Shown piece after piece: positions 17,144 to 27,137 of a stretch of DNA of 64,000 nt (the stretch's first letter is position 1; the number at the start of each line of letters is the position of its first letter). The notes under the pieces were generated by a model. That model was given only the letters and a program-made list of their open reading frames with translations, was not told where the DNA came from and made no database searches. A program made the position numbers and the translations under genes. Source of the DNA: a virus; IMG/VR virus record IMGVR_UViG_3300022562_001757, positions 1-64,000 of that record, one strand, 5' to 3'.

Positions 17144-18081
17144 GACATTTTTCCGAACAGATTTTTGGCAATGAGCTTGCCGAGGTCAGCTGTGGGCTTA
17201 AATCCAGCGGCGCCTTGATGGCCGCCACCACCTCGATTGCGCGCCAGTTCCGAAACGTCCAAACCGCCATCGCGGCTGTACAGCGACACAGAGCCAGCTC
17301 GCGCACCGTTGGGATGCCACACCGCTACATAGTCGACGCTGTCATCCGAAGCGTAGATGGCGTGCGCTACGTTGGTGCTGGAATGCATGATGGGTGAATT
17401 TATGCCAATAAGCAGCGCAAATACATGGCCATCTTTGTCCCGGAATTTACGGAGCGCCTTCAGTGACTCGTCAATCAAACCTTGCTCGGCCCGCTCGATA
17501 TTTCCAACGATGCTCTGCTCGTTGTCATCCAGGCTGGCTTTGGCACCGCGCTCCACAAATGCAGGTTGGCCCATCCAGTTGTGCAACCGCATCAGCTTTT
17601 GCGCGTCATCAAATCCTGGTGCGTCATGCTGGAACCGATCGTACAAGTCGATGGTTTCTGCAAACGGCGTCAGCTCGTCATGTGGGCCTACCAATTCTTG
17701 CGCACAGATAAGCCCACTGCACGCGCCTTTATCGTGCCGGCATCCTTCTAGGTCGTTGAGATAATCCTGCGTTTCGTGGTGGTCGAAAATGCGTACCTGG
17801 CCCGGAAATTTCTGGTGCAGTTCACGCACCAACTTCTCGTCGCTAGGTAGCATGTCGGCAATGACTACTTGGTCATAGCCTTCAGGATTATCGATGAGCT
17901 TACGTACGCGATCACTCACTGTGCTGTGGTTCTCGTACTCGACCGTCGTATCAGGATAGGCCATCTGGGTAGCGATGGCGCAGCAGGAGCCATCCATGTC
18001 GCCATCGGTGATCAACAGCGTCTTAGTCGGCTCTGCCAACCGATATACTGCACCGGCATAGCGAATGTACGGACGAATCAT
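17140..18081 (-). CDS. DHH/DHHA1 phosphoesterase (NrnB/oligoribonuclease-like)
   Basis: DGDMDG, IADM, IFDHH, D.YD, SLYSR, GGGGHQGAAGF. Confidence 0.9.
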   Translation of the reverse strand: MIRPYIRYAGAVYRLAEPTKTLLITDGDMDGSCCAIATQMAYPDTTVEYENHSTVSDRVRKLIDNPEGYDQVVIADMLPSDEKLVRELHQKFPGQVRIFDHHETQDYLNDLEGCRHDKGACSGLICAQELVGPHDELTPFAETIDLYDRFQHDAPGFDDAQKLMRLHNWMGQPAFVERGAKASLDDNEQSIVGNIERAEQGLIDESLKALRKFRDKDGHVFALLIGINSPIMHSSTNVAHAIYASDDSVDYVAVWHPNGARAGSVSLYSRDGGLDVSELARNRGGGGHQGAAGFKPTADLGKLIAKNLFGKMS

Positions 18082-18353
18082 GCGGCGCCCTTCGGATCGA
18101 TGATGTTCCCATTATCCAGGTCGATTTCCAACCCTTCGGGAACTTGGCGCTCGGCCTTCAGCTTCAAGTACAGTTGCTTTGCACTGGCTTGTAGCTGCTG
18201 AGCTTGATTTTCGATCATGGTGCGCTGCTGCGCCAACGACAACAGCCGAAGCTGCATGTTGGCCACTTCTAGGCGCATGATTTTCGTCGCGTCGACTTCC
18301 GCAACCGGTGTAATCACGGTAGCGTTTGGATCGGTGACTGGTGTTTCCATCAA
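18078..18353 (-). CDS. small coiled-coil protein (putative fibre chaperone)
   Basis: Coiled coil followed by EIDLDNGNII hairpin; GGAGG RBS. Confidence 0.65.
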   Translation of the reverse strand: MMETPVTDPNATVITPVAEVDATKIMRLEVANMQLRLLSLAQQRTMIENQAQQLQASAKQLYLKLKAERQVPEGLEIDLDNGNIIDPKGAA

Positions 18354-18724
18354 TCCACCTCCGCGACTTCTTCAACAACCTTCGGCGGCTTACGGGAAAT
18401 TGATCCCGTTTGCACATTGAGGGATCCATCGTCTGGGATATCGTACTTGCGATGCAGCTCGCGTTGCAGATCCAACATCTCGGCTTGGGAGTGGTCAAGC
18501 TGCTGCTTATGCGCGTCGCGCTCGCGCTGTGCCTGCTGCGCCTTCATGGTGGCGTTTTCCAGCAACAGCTGCTTGTTCTGGAAATCCAGAAAAGCGCGCT
18601 GGATGCGCAGCAAATCAACTTCCGTCAGCTTCAGAAATTCCGCGTACGACTTCGTGGTGCTGTTGCCATTCTTGGGGCTGCTGTCTTCCATCATAGTCTT
18701 CTTCTTTCGTGCGCCCTTTACCAT
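18350..18724 (-). CDS. small coiled-coil protein (putative fibre chaperone)
   Basis: AAGGAG RBS before ATG 18724; coiled coil followed by KYDIPDDGSLNVQTGSI. Confidence 0.65.
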   Translation of the reverse strand: MVKGARKKKTMMEDSSPKNGNSTTKSYAEFLKLTEVDLLRIQRAFLDFQNKQLLLENATMKAQQAQRERDAHKQQLDHSQAEMLDLQRELHRKYDIPDDGSLNVQTGSISRKPPKVVEEVAEVD

Positions 18725-18738
18725 CAGAGTCTCCTTGT

Positions 18739-21700
18739 CTACGTGTTCTTGATTACCGGCCGGTAGAGCGGCCAAAACGCGTCAATCGCGGTTCCATTGA
18801 GATTGTTGGGGGTGAACTCCGTTGCTGTAGGCCAATCCACTGCTTCTGGGCCGGTCGGTCCACCAGACACCTGCAAGACCGCGCGGTGCCGATAGCCGTC
18901 ACTGCCAGGATCGATCAGTGCTCCGAACCCAACATAGGCCAATGGCCCACCATGGTCAAGCTGGTGATACTGTCTGTTTGATGTCGCGAAGATAGACTCC
19001 CCAGGCATGTAGGGTACGCGCTCTGGAGGTGTGGCCGTCGCTTCAACTTGTACATCTTCCAGGCCAAGTACCAAGTCCAGCTCAGTTCCAGATCCAGGAA
19101 CGAAAAGCGGCATATTGTACCGCGTGGACGATGACCCGAGATACAAGCCACGACGAGAATGCGTAGCAGCCGAAATGAGCGTTTCCACATTGGTGATGGT
19201 AGAGGCACCCCAGCTCGGTGGATAGCCCGTCAGATGACCGCGTAGGCTGCTGTGACCAAATGCGTGGCCACGTCGTTGACCTTGCTGATTGCGATCGATG
19301 CGCGACAAGCGCGAGCTGCTGCTGAAGGGAAGCCATAGGATATCGATAAATGGCGCTGTCTCTTCTAGCGCTTGTACGTACGGAAACAGACCATTGCTGT
19401 AATAGTTTGACGGCTTGCTTTCGGCATACACCATGGTCCCGTAAATGTGGTTGTCCGCCGATGCCACATCCAATAGCTGGTCAAGGAAAATGCTAGGTGC
19501 ATATAGTCCATACGTTCTGTGTCTCTCGTAAGCCAAAAGGCTTCCAGGACATGCTGCAAGAATAATGTCCGATGTGGCCCCGGGCACCAGAGTTACGTGG
19601 CTAGTGTTTTCTAGTGACGTACCTCCACTGACGAGGTAGTCATAAAGATTGCCAACAGGCGGTACATTTACGGTTGCTCCAGAGACTTTATCACGCATGC
19701 TAACACCCCAAGAAGCTGGTGTCTTGTCGATGCTAACACTCATTAAGAGTAGATTGGCTTGGTCAAAGTCTCTCACAGGAAAATGATGTTTAAATGCTCC
19801 ATGGGCCAATCCGCCCACCAAATCCCAAGAGCCGTCGTTGCTAGTGGAAAGCGTAGCGGCAAGCTGAATTGTAAAGTAGTTAGCCGGATCGACGTATGTG
19901 CTTTCCCGCTGTTGATGCGCTTCACCGCGGTCGACTAAGCGCGTCAAGCCGTTAATCCATTGGTTCATTTTTACTTTGGCGAAGCCGGAAAGTATGGTTG
20001 TGTATGTATTCATGTAGGCCGGAGCGTAGCTCCAGTAACCAGTGGATGCACCTTCACGACCGGGGTCCAGGTCAAACGCCATCGGAACGGCGTGGTAGGA
20101 GCCATGGATCATTAGCGTGTTATCGGGGAACGGAAGGCGCAGCAGCGCAGCCGCATTGGTGCCACCATTTTCCGCCTTCAAGGCAATCAAATCCTGCGTA
20201 CCGGCGACAGCAGGCTTGACCAACGCCGTATCGTTGTAGTCCGCAAATCTACCGTCACCGAAAAAGGTGTATAGCGTATTGCCGTGCGGCACACGAACAG
20301 GATATCCGGTGTAGCTGTCCACACCTCCGAAGAACGATGTCGGTCCGCTCTGGGTGGCGAAGAAGTCCGAGTTGTCGATCACCACACCGTGCAGCATGCC
20401 CTTCATGATGGGGACTGCCGTACCCGGAACCGCTGCTACACCGCCATCGCTCGACAGCCCTTGGTAAGGTGTGTACGTGTAGTGCACGATAAATTCATCT
20501 GTGATGGAGGCCGTAGGCGTGACGTGCTTCGGCGCGATAACCAGCGCGTACTGGTCGGCCACCGCCGAGATATCGACAGAAATCAAGTTGCTATAGCGGT
20601 ATTCTGCTGCCACGAATCCCGTCTGCAATGTCCAATCGGTGGCCGGGACATTGCGGCGCCACACGAGCGGCATTTCCACCATGCCACCTGGCACTTCCGC
20701 ATCTTGCCAGATGTCGTTGCTCAATACGATGGCGGTAGGGTTGATGGGGTCTGTAGCCGTGTCCAACGCTTCTTCGTGCCACGTGAAGAATGCACGAACG
20801 CTCTTGGCACCTCGGCCAACCTCAATCCACTGGTCGACATCATCGGTGCGGAAAAACACCATCACGTCTACATCACCAGTGTAGGGTGCTGTCAATGTGA
20901 TGGTAATTTGATCCCGAGCATCCGTCATGACTGTCGAGGACACAATTCCCGCAGTCGTGCTGAAGCGCAGCCGATCAATGGCTGGACCGCATAATGTAAA
21001 CGTCGTTCCCGATACACCAGATGCAGCTTGCACGTCGGCATCTGTAATGACGATGCTTGCCGAGGCGGCCAACGTCTTCCGTACGATGGTGTACAGCGTA
21101 CCGATGTTGAGGTCGACCGCTGGCCCGCCAATGTGGTTACGCTGCGCAGACCAAACTCGGTCGGGAATTTCTGCCAATCCGTAGTTGGCATTGAAGGGCG
21201 GAGTGATCGAGCGGTCATAGTGCACCCACCACGCCAAGCATGCCGTGCCAGACGCCGCTGTAATGGTGAGCTGCATTTCGGTCGCGCGCCCTATCGCGTC
21301 GGATGCTGTCACCGTCCATTCTTCGTAGATATTGTGGATTCCAGCTACCACACCCGTCGTCAAGTTGACTACGGTGCCACGCACGAACGATGGTGTTGTC
21401 GCATGGTCTTTACGCGTAGACCATAGCGGTGGACCCTTGAAGTCCATGTAGTTTACCGATGCCGAATTTCCATCCAGCATCATGGTAGACGGTAGTGCAC
21501 GAAGAAGGTGCGCACCTGCTGGAGCGCGGATAATCAGTAGCTTGGTGCCGGCATTGTAGTCGACCAAGTTTTCAACGTCCGCGTAATTCAGCGTGACGTC
21601 GAAGCTACGAGCTACTACATGAAATTCCCGTGCATCGCTCCAAATGCGGCGCATATTGTCGCCATCAGGCAAAGCAAATGCAGAGCCAGGCGATGTCGTC

Positions 21701-23988
21701 GACACGTGGTCAGATTGCAGAATGCGGCTACCTGCTACAGTACCACCACTACCTGGACCAGCCCACTTGTTGGCCATTCTGGTACGCAGTTGACCCCGCA
21801 TCATGCGGTCAATGGACTCATCGAGAATTTCTTGCCATGTGACATTTTCGTCGGCGAGCTGTCTAAGGTCCACAAGATCGTCAGGGTGAATTATGGTGGC
21901 AGCGGTTCGGTCGTCTACACGAGAAGCAGTAGAGCCATTCGGATTGCCAGCATAGCTCCATGCACCCGTATTGCGCCGGTGAACGAGACAAATGGGCATG
22001 GCCCACTCATGCAGCAGCGGATGGATTCGGTCATCCGCGTCAATGGAAAGCGCACGGCTCCACAGTCCACCATCGTGGTACGTGTCTGGCGTAAAGGAAG
22101 CATCCCCATGTAGCCAGCCGCTGGCAGTGAACGCAGCGTCTGTATCACGAATGTCTACACCACCAAGATTTTCCACTACGACTTCGTAGGTCACGTAGCC
22201 GCGCTTCCAGCCTTGGTCGCTCACATTAGGTGGCAGTGCAGGATGCACGCGATCTGAGGGCACATAGGGCCGATGGCGCTCGCTTACCCAGCGATATGGA
22301 GCTGTGCTGCCTGGTACAGTGACTTCGTCGGCGTACAGCGTGATGTTCATCTTGAGATAGACGAATACACGCTCATAGCCCGCCCCTGGAGGTGCGCCCA
22401 AGTCAACCTCCACCGCCGGGTCAATCCAGTCCTCCAGACCGCGCATACGAATGTGCAGGCGCTCTCCTGTGGGCTTTAGCGCAATGGAATTGGCAGATGC
22501 ACTGGCCTGGATGGGGAAGCTGCGTACATGGCTGATAAAGCCCGATGGCAGGTCGCCCGTCGAGGTGTCATGCGTTGTGGTTCCTGGCGTGAGGCGGAAC
22601 TGAGTCTCCACCAAGCCACGCGCCGTGTTCGCCATGTCCGCCACCGGATAGACGGGGAAGACAAAACGTGTTTCGCCGCGGAATACCCGGATGGCGTTGT
22701 TGATGGTGAAGTCTTCTGCCGTCGTACGGTGCACGACAAACAGCGGGATGGCCCAGCTCTTTCCATCGATGGGCGTGACGCCTGATGTCGCCATCCATAC
22801 ACGAGGGTCTGTGCCACCACCGGCCGGCGTAGAAAATGCTACGCCATCGACGTTCAGCGCCAAGCTCGCCACAGCATTGCTGCCGGGGGCGTACAACGCT
22901 GCTGTGGTAACATTTTCCACCGTAGCTAGGCGATACTTGGTCACGACCCAGTCATGACTGCGCGCTTCGATTTCCGGCAGGTCGAAGTTGTTGCCAGCCA
23001 ATCCCGGTGTCCATGCAACGGTAGCGCCTTGTGTGTCTACTTGGTCTATGTCGTAGGTTGCTGCACCATTGGGATTTCGCGGGTAGGGGAATGTCTGCGG
23101 GCTGACAACCTGTTCGCGCCACACTTCCAGGAAGATGAGGTCGTAGCGGTTTCCCTTCGCCGCCATCGATATCTCTTGCGCGTGTACTTGGACATAGAGC
23201 CCATTGACGTACGCAGTGAATGCGTCGAAGGCAATGCGGTCCGCGATGTTGGGCTCTTCAATGATACCGATTTCTAGCGTCGAGCTGAGGTCTTTACCAA
23301 CGGTCCAGCGGTCGCCAGAAATGATTCCGGATCCCTCGACATGGCGCCGTAGTTCTTCCTGTACCAGCGTATCGTTGTAGAGGCTGACTTCGGAGTTGAA
23401 GCTGCCAGTATTTAGTGCGTTCCACGCCACACCATCCCAAAAGTAGAACGTGCTATCGGCATCGACGAAGTAGAAGTCACCTGTACGGTTGGTGGGGCTG
23501 GGCGGTACTGGCAGTGCTGCTGCATTGGGCACGGTACCGCGGAAAAGACTGCGCCGTAATGGATCAATTTCATCGCGCTCGACGAAGCTGATGTTCGCTG
23601 ACACGACCGACACAGCGGCCGGAGGCACCGCAACCTTGCACAGGACGATGTAGTAGTCCTTTTCCGGGTCGGCATTGAATACCGACTCTTCCAGCACACC
23701 GAATTGTAGTGGCGCGACGGCCGGACTTCCCAGAGCGTTGTACTTCGCTTTGACAAAGCACACGTTGGTCTGGTTATCCACAACCGTCAAAATTTGCGAA
23801 GCATCGCTCGTGATGGTCATGCCGTCGTACGACATGGCAATGAACGGGCTTACTACGACGGTAAGACCGGCGCCCGGAACGACACCTCCACCCCAGTAGA
23901 CGCCGCGCTGCACGAGCTGCCGGGTCCGGTCATTGAGATCCGACGTGCGGTCGGGGTTTCGCCATACGAAAGATGCTTTGAGCGTCAT
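18739..23988 (-). CDS. large baseplate/tail fibre network protein (1749 aa)
   Basis: Long beta-rich ORF in the baseplate cluster; RYDLIFLEVW and AIPLFVVHR / AMPICLVHRRN...NPNG motifs typical of myophage tail proteins. Confidence 0.75.
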   Translation of the reverse strand: MTLKASFVWRNPDRTSDLNDRTRQLVQRGVYWGGGVVPGAGLTVVVSPFIAMSYDGMTITSDASQILTVVDNQTNVCFVKAKYNALGSPAVAPLQFGVLEESVFNADPEKDYYIVLCKVAVPPAAVSVVSANISFVERDEIDPLRRSLFRGTVPNAAALPVPPSPTNRTGDFYFVDADSTFYFWDGVAWNALNTGSFNSEVSLYNDTLVQEELRRHVEGSGIISGDRWTVGKDLSSTLEIGIIEEPNIADRIAFDAFTAYVNGLYVQVHAQEISMAAKGNRYDLIFLEVWREQVVSPQTFPYPRNPNGAATYDIDQVDTQGATVAWTPGLAGNNFDLPEIEARSHDWVVTKYRLATVENVTTAALYAPGSNAVASLALNVDGVAFSTPAGGGTDPRVWMATSGVTPIDGKSWAIPLFVVHRTTAEDFTINNAIRVFRGETRFVFPVYPVADMANTARGLVETQFRLTPGTTTHDTSTGDLPSGFISHVRSFPIQASASANSIALKPTGERLHIRMRGLEDWIDPAVEVDLGAPPGAGYERVFVYLKMNITLYADEVTVPGSTAPYRWVSERHRPYVPSDRVHPALPPNVSDQGWKRGYVTYEVVVENLGGVDIRDTDAAFTASGWLHGDASFTPDTYHDGGLWSRALSIDADDRIHPLLHEWAMPICLVHRRNTGAWSYAGNPNGSTASRVDDRTAATIIHPDDLVDLRQLADENVTWQEILDESIDRMMRGQLRTRMANKWAGPGSGGTVAGSRILQSDHVSTTSPGSAFALPDGDNMRRIWSDAREFHVVARSFDVTLNYADVENLVDYNAGTKLLIIRAPAGAHLLRALPSTMMLDGNSASVNYMDFKGPPLWSTRKDHATTPSFVRGTVVNLTTGVVAGIHNIYEEWTVTASDAIGRATEMQLTITAASGTACLAWWVHYDRSITPPFNANYGLAEIPDRVWSAQRNHIGGPAVDLNIGTLYTIVRKTLAASASIVITDADVQAASGVSGTTFTLCGPAIDRLRFSTTAGIVSSTVMTDARDQITITLTAPYTGDVDVMVFFRTDDVDQWIEVGRGAKSVRAFFTWHEEALDTATDPINPTAIVLSNDIWQDAEVPGGMVEMPLVWRRNVPATDWTLQTGFVAAEYRYSNLISVDISAVADQYALVIAPKHVTPTASITDEFIVHYTYTPYQGLSSDGGVAAVPGTAVPIMKGMLHGVVIDNSDFFATQSGPTSFFGGVDSYTGYPVRVPHGNTLYTFFGDGRFADYNDTALVKPAVAGTQDLIALKAENGGTNAAALLRLPFPDNTLMIHGSYHAVPMAFDLDPGREGASTGYWSYAPAYMNTYTTILSGFAKVKMNQWINGLTRLVDRGEAHQQRESTYVDPANYFTIQLAATLSTSNDGSWDLVGGLAHGAFKHHFPVRDFDQANLLLMSVSIDKTPASWGVSMRDKVSGATVNVPPVGNLYDYLVSGGTSLENTSHVTLVPGATSDIILAACPGSLLAYERHRTYGLYAPSIFLDQLLDVASADNHIYGTMVYAESKPSNYYSNGLFPYVQALEETAPFIDILWLPFSSSSRLSRIDRNQQGQRRGHAFGHSSLRGHLTGYPPSWGASTITNVETLISAATHSRRGLYLGSSSTRYNMPLFVPGSGTELDLVLGLEDVQVEATATPPERVPYMPGESIFATSNRQYHQLDHGGPLAYVGFGALIDPGSDGYRHRAVLQVSGGPTGPEAVDWPTATEFTPNNLNGTAIDAFWPLYRPVIKNT

Positions 23989-24015
23989 CGCGCTACCTCG
24001 CTATGGCCAAGAGGC

Positions 24016-24456
24016 TCAGAAGAAGACTTGGAGACGGAACGTGATGTCGTCCGTTCCGGTCAAAATTAGAAGTGGACGATTGTACACTGCGAAAAGAAAA
24101 GATGTACCAATCTCTCCTGGATTTGCCACCGAGTCCACAATTTCCGCAAATAGAGCCACCGTACTGATCCCTCCGGTGACTTCTCCTTGCGCAATCGAGC
24201 AGACATATACCGGACAGTCGTCGGCCACCAATTCATAAGCGTCGATAGGCTCGGGGCCGAAAATCGGTGGCGCTCCCGGCATGGTGGTCGCTGATGGATC
24301 TGGTGTCAGCGCCGTAGTCGGATCATTTGGATCATGCCCACCAGCAGACACCGCAAATGTTTTCACACGGTAGCACGTTCCGATATTTGGATTCCAGACT
24401 TCTGCCATGCGCCGCTTGGCTTCGTTTGTCAGAACGGCTAGTGCTTCAAAGGCCAT
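24016..24456 (-). CDS. tail-collar/fibre attachment-like protein (gpH N-term/DUF3751-like)
   Basis: LTNEAKRR...FAVSAGGHDP.DP...ISTVALFAEI; paralog of 14719..15204. Confidence 0.65.
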   Translation of the reverse strand: MAFEALAVLTNEAKRRMAEVWNPNIGTCYRVKTFAVSAGGHDPNDPTTALTPDPSATTMPGAPPIFGPEPIDAYELVADDCPVYVCSIAQGEVTGGISTVALFAEIVDSVANPGEIGTSFLFAVYNRPLLILTGTDDITFRLQVFF

Positions 24457-24457
24457 G

Positions 24458-24613
24458 TTAGGCTCCCATGCGCGGCTTGATGATGGTCAAATACACGCGC
24501 TTAGCCAAATCCGAAACTACCGCATTTTCATCAGCCATGAGCTGCACCAGCTCAGCATATAGTTGCGGATTGTCACGTTGTATATTGGCCAGGTCTTCTT
24601 CAGTGATGGGCAT
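24458..24613 (-). CDS. small hypothetical protein (51 aa)
   Basis: MPITEEDLANIQRDNPQLYAELVQLMADENAVVSDLAKRVYLTIIKPRMGA exactly fills the gap, coupled to the upstream stop. Confidence 0.6.
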   Translation of the reverse strand: MPITEEDLANIQRDNPQLYAELVQLMADENAVVSDLAKRVYLTIIKPRMGA

Positions 24614-27135
24614 TAAGTTGCCTTCAGGTACGCTTTGTAGATGTAGACATTGGGAGGTCCGATGGGGGCCCCCAACGAGTCATAGGTGATGCGAACACGC
24701 CACACTTCAGGCTCCGCAGTTACGGTGATATTCGTCATCACGGCAATGCGGTCGCGCGTTGCACTGTCTGGCAGCGTGACGGTGGTGGGCGCTGCTTGCC
24801 AACTCGAAAGCCCTTCGTTCCAATAATAGAAATCGTGGAGCCGTTGCAAAGCTACTTTGACACGCGTGTTGGTATCGCTGTTCTTGTAGTCTACGGTCAG
24901 GTGGTAAATTAGGTCGACTGGGAACAGAATGTCATATTCCCACGTATCGCCACGATATGTGCCGTCATGGCCACCGTAGACGATAAGGCGCTTTTGCACT
25001 TCATGGTAGGCAACTTGTGGATGTGTTCTGGGTGGCGGCTTCTGTACAGGCATGCGCTGTACCCAGTCAACACCATCCCAATCCCACAAATCATTGTAGT
25101 AAGTTGGGCCAATATAGTCAAAGCCGCCAAATAGCAGCGACGTATTGGTATCGGGACAAAAATCCATGCCGGCTTGCTCACGAATTGGAGGTGTGTGTGC
25201 CGGGAAAATCTGCGTCCACGTTAGCCCATCATATTCCCAAGTGTCATTCTGGTCGAAACCTGCCACATAACCACCGAACAAGACTGTGCGATCCCGTACT
25301 GGATCGTACGTCATCGTAGTGCCTTCACGCGCTGGTGGCGAACTGGCAGGAAATTGCTGTGTCCAATCTACGCCGTCATAAAGCCATGTCTCATTATTGT
25401 CCGTAAAACTGGTGTCAGTTCCACCGAACATGAGGACTTTTTTCTGCTGACGGTCATAGGCCATATCATGCCAAAAACGAATAGAAGGCAGAGTGGCGGT
25501 AACGACTTGTGTCCAATCAATGCCGTCGTATTCCCAAGTATCATTCAATGCAGTAATGGCACTATCCAGTCCGCCGAACAACACCATGACTTTTCGATCA
25601 CGGTCATACGCCATGCGAGACAAGGACCGCATTGATGGCATGGTGGCTGTAGGAACGGGATACCATTTCGTGCCGTCGTATTCCCAAGTCGTGTCTTGGT
25701 AAAGTCCACCTGTGTACAGACCACCAAAAACGACTACGACACCGCGATCGGAATCATAGGCAACGGCAGATGCATGCTGCGGGCGTTCGGTATAGCTGTA
25801 GTCCTCGATCGGGATCCAGCCAGTGTCGCGAATTTGAGCATACTGCTCCACCAACGCCGTCGCCAGCGAATCGTCTACGTCAAGCCGCGCACAGGCTCGA
25901 CTTTGCCCAATTGGAAGGTCCATCGGAATTGCCGGAAGCGGTCGCTGTATATCGGCGTCTGTGGTGTCGTGCACAACATCATTGGTGGACGTTGCACGGG
26001 AATACCAAGATCGAATCCCTTCACCGTGCTTGTTCACGGTGTTCCACACCACGTAGTCGATATCCACGTTGGTGTTGTCGCTGTTGGGCGCGGCGCCACC
26101 GACGCCAAAGTAATTTTCCGAACTGGCTGTGGTGGGGAACAAGTTGTAAAACGTATCCAACAATGGCGTTGGACTGTAGTCTACAAATACCTGTACGCGA
26201 CCTCGATATTGCGCATCATCATCTCGATCGATGCGCAACCGGAAATGCCGGTCAACAGCCACCATTGGAAGTGCAGCACTCACTAGATACGTTGCAAGGT
26301 TGTCGAGTCCGCTCGCTCCACCTGTCAAGCCAACGTATGTTTGTCCTCCACTGACGACTACGTTTAGGGCAACGTCGCGTACCCCGTCACTTCGACCGAA
26401 GATGGTGCAGGCCAGTTTCGGACCTACAGGAATGGTGTTGAGGGTGAGACGTACTTCAGCATCAGTCACATGTCGTCGATCTAGCGCGGCGTCAGCCAAT
26501 GTGAAGTACACGGTGTCGATATTATCGCTGTCGGCCAGATTGAGAAAATTGCCGATCAACGCCGAGCTTTGCGCACCGACTTTTGTCCACTGCAAGTCGC
26601 CCAGCACAGCATCCGGTGTTGCACCATCATAGGGGTCATAGATATACGGTGTATCCGCGTATTCTACTTCAAGCCACGCTTCCGCGACTTCGATTTGCCC
26701 GGACGCTGGCGCTGCCGTGACCTCGAAACCAATACCCAAGCACGACGCTCCTGCTGCCGTGTAGCGCGCTGTAGACGTCCGCCAATCCTCGCGAAGTCGG
26801 TAGACCACGTCCACGTAGCTATTTGTATTGAGGACTACAATTCCGGCGTCATAGCGGTCGACCGTGTTGCGCCGGAGGTACACCGTTACCTGCGTCCCGA
26901 TCAACGCCACCGTTTGGCGTAGCCGGATGTGCAAGGAGATGCCCATCACACGGCCCCAGATAGGCTGATAGCCGCTTCCGCAGAAGAGCGAGACCTTCGC
27001 CCCGAGGGTGTTGCTGTACACCGCTGGAGGGGCTCCTGAGCCGCGTCGCACGGCCTCCCACCTAGCCACGCCGCCAAGGACGCCCCAGTCCGTATCGGGT
27101 CCATCCTCAATTATATCCAGGATTACACGTGGCAT
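24613..27135 (-). CDS. virion protein with kelch beta-propeller
   Basis: Six repeats of R...MAYD......LFGG......DTWEYDG..W. Confidence 0.85.
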   Translation of the reverse strand: MPRVILDIIEDGPDTDWGVLGGVARWEAVRRGSGAPPAVYSNTLGAKVSLFCGSGYQPIWGRVMGISLHIRLRQTVALIGTQVTVYLRRNTVDRYDAGIVVLNTNSYVDVVYRLREDWRTSTARYTAAGASCLGIGFEVTAAPASGQIEVAEAWLEVEYADTPYIYDPYDGATPDAVLGDLQWTKVGAQSSALIGNFLNLADSDNIDTVYFTLADAALDRRHVTDAEVRLTLNTIPVGPKLACTIFGRSDGVRDVALNVVVSGGQTYVGLTGGASGLDNLATYLVSAALPMVAVDRHFRLRIDRDDDAQYRGRVQVFVDYSPTPLLDTFYNLFPTTASSENYFGVGGAAPNSDNTNVDIDYVVWNTVNKHGEGIRSWYSRATSTNDVVHDTTDADIQRPLPAIPMDLPIGQSRACARLDVDDSLATALVEQYAQIRDTGWIPIEDYSYTERPQHASAVAYDSDRGVVVVFGGLYTGGLYQDTTWEYDGTKWYPVPTATMPSMRSLSRMAYDRDRKVMVLFGGLDSAITALNDTWEYDGIDWTQVVTATLPSIRFWHDMAYDRQQKKVLMFGGTDTSFTDNNETWLYDGVDWTQQFPASSPPAREGTTMTYDPVRDRTVLFGGYVAGFDQNDTWEYDGLTWTQIFPAHTPPIREQAGMDFCPDTNTSLLFGGFDYIGPTYYNDLWDWDGVDWVQRMPVQKPPPRTHPQVAYHEVQKRLIVYGGHDGTYRGDTWEYDILFPVDLIYHLTVDYKNSDTNTRVKVALQRLHDFYYWNEGLSSWQAAPTTVTLPDSATRDRIAVMTNITVTAEPEVWRVRITYDSLGAPIGPPNVYIYKAYLKAT

Positions 27136-27137
27136 GA

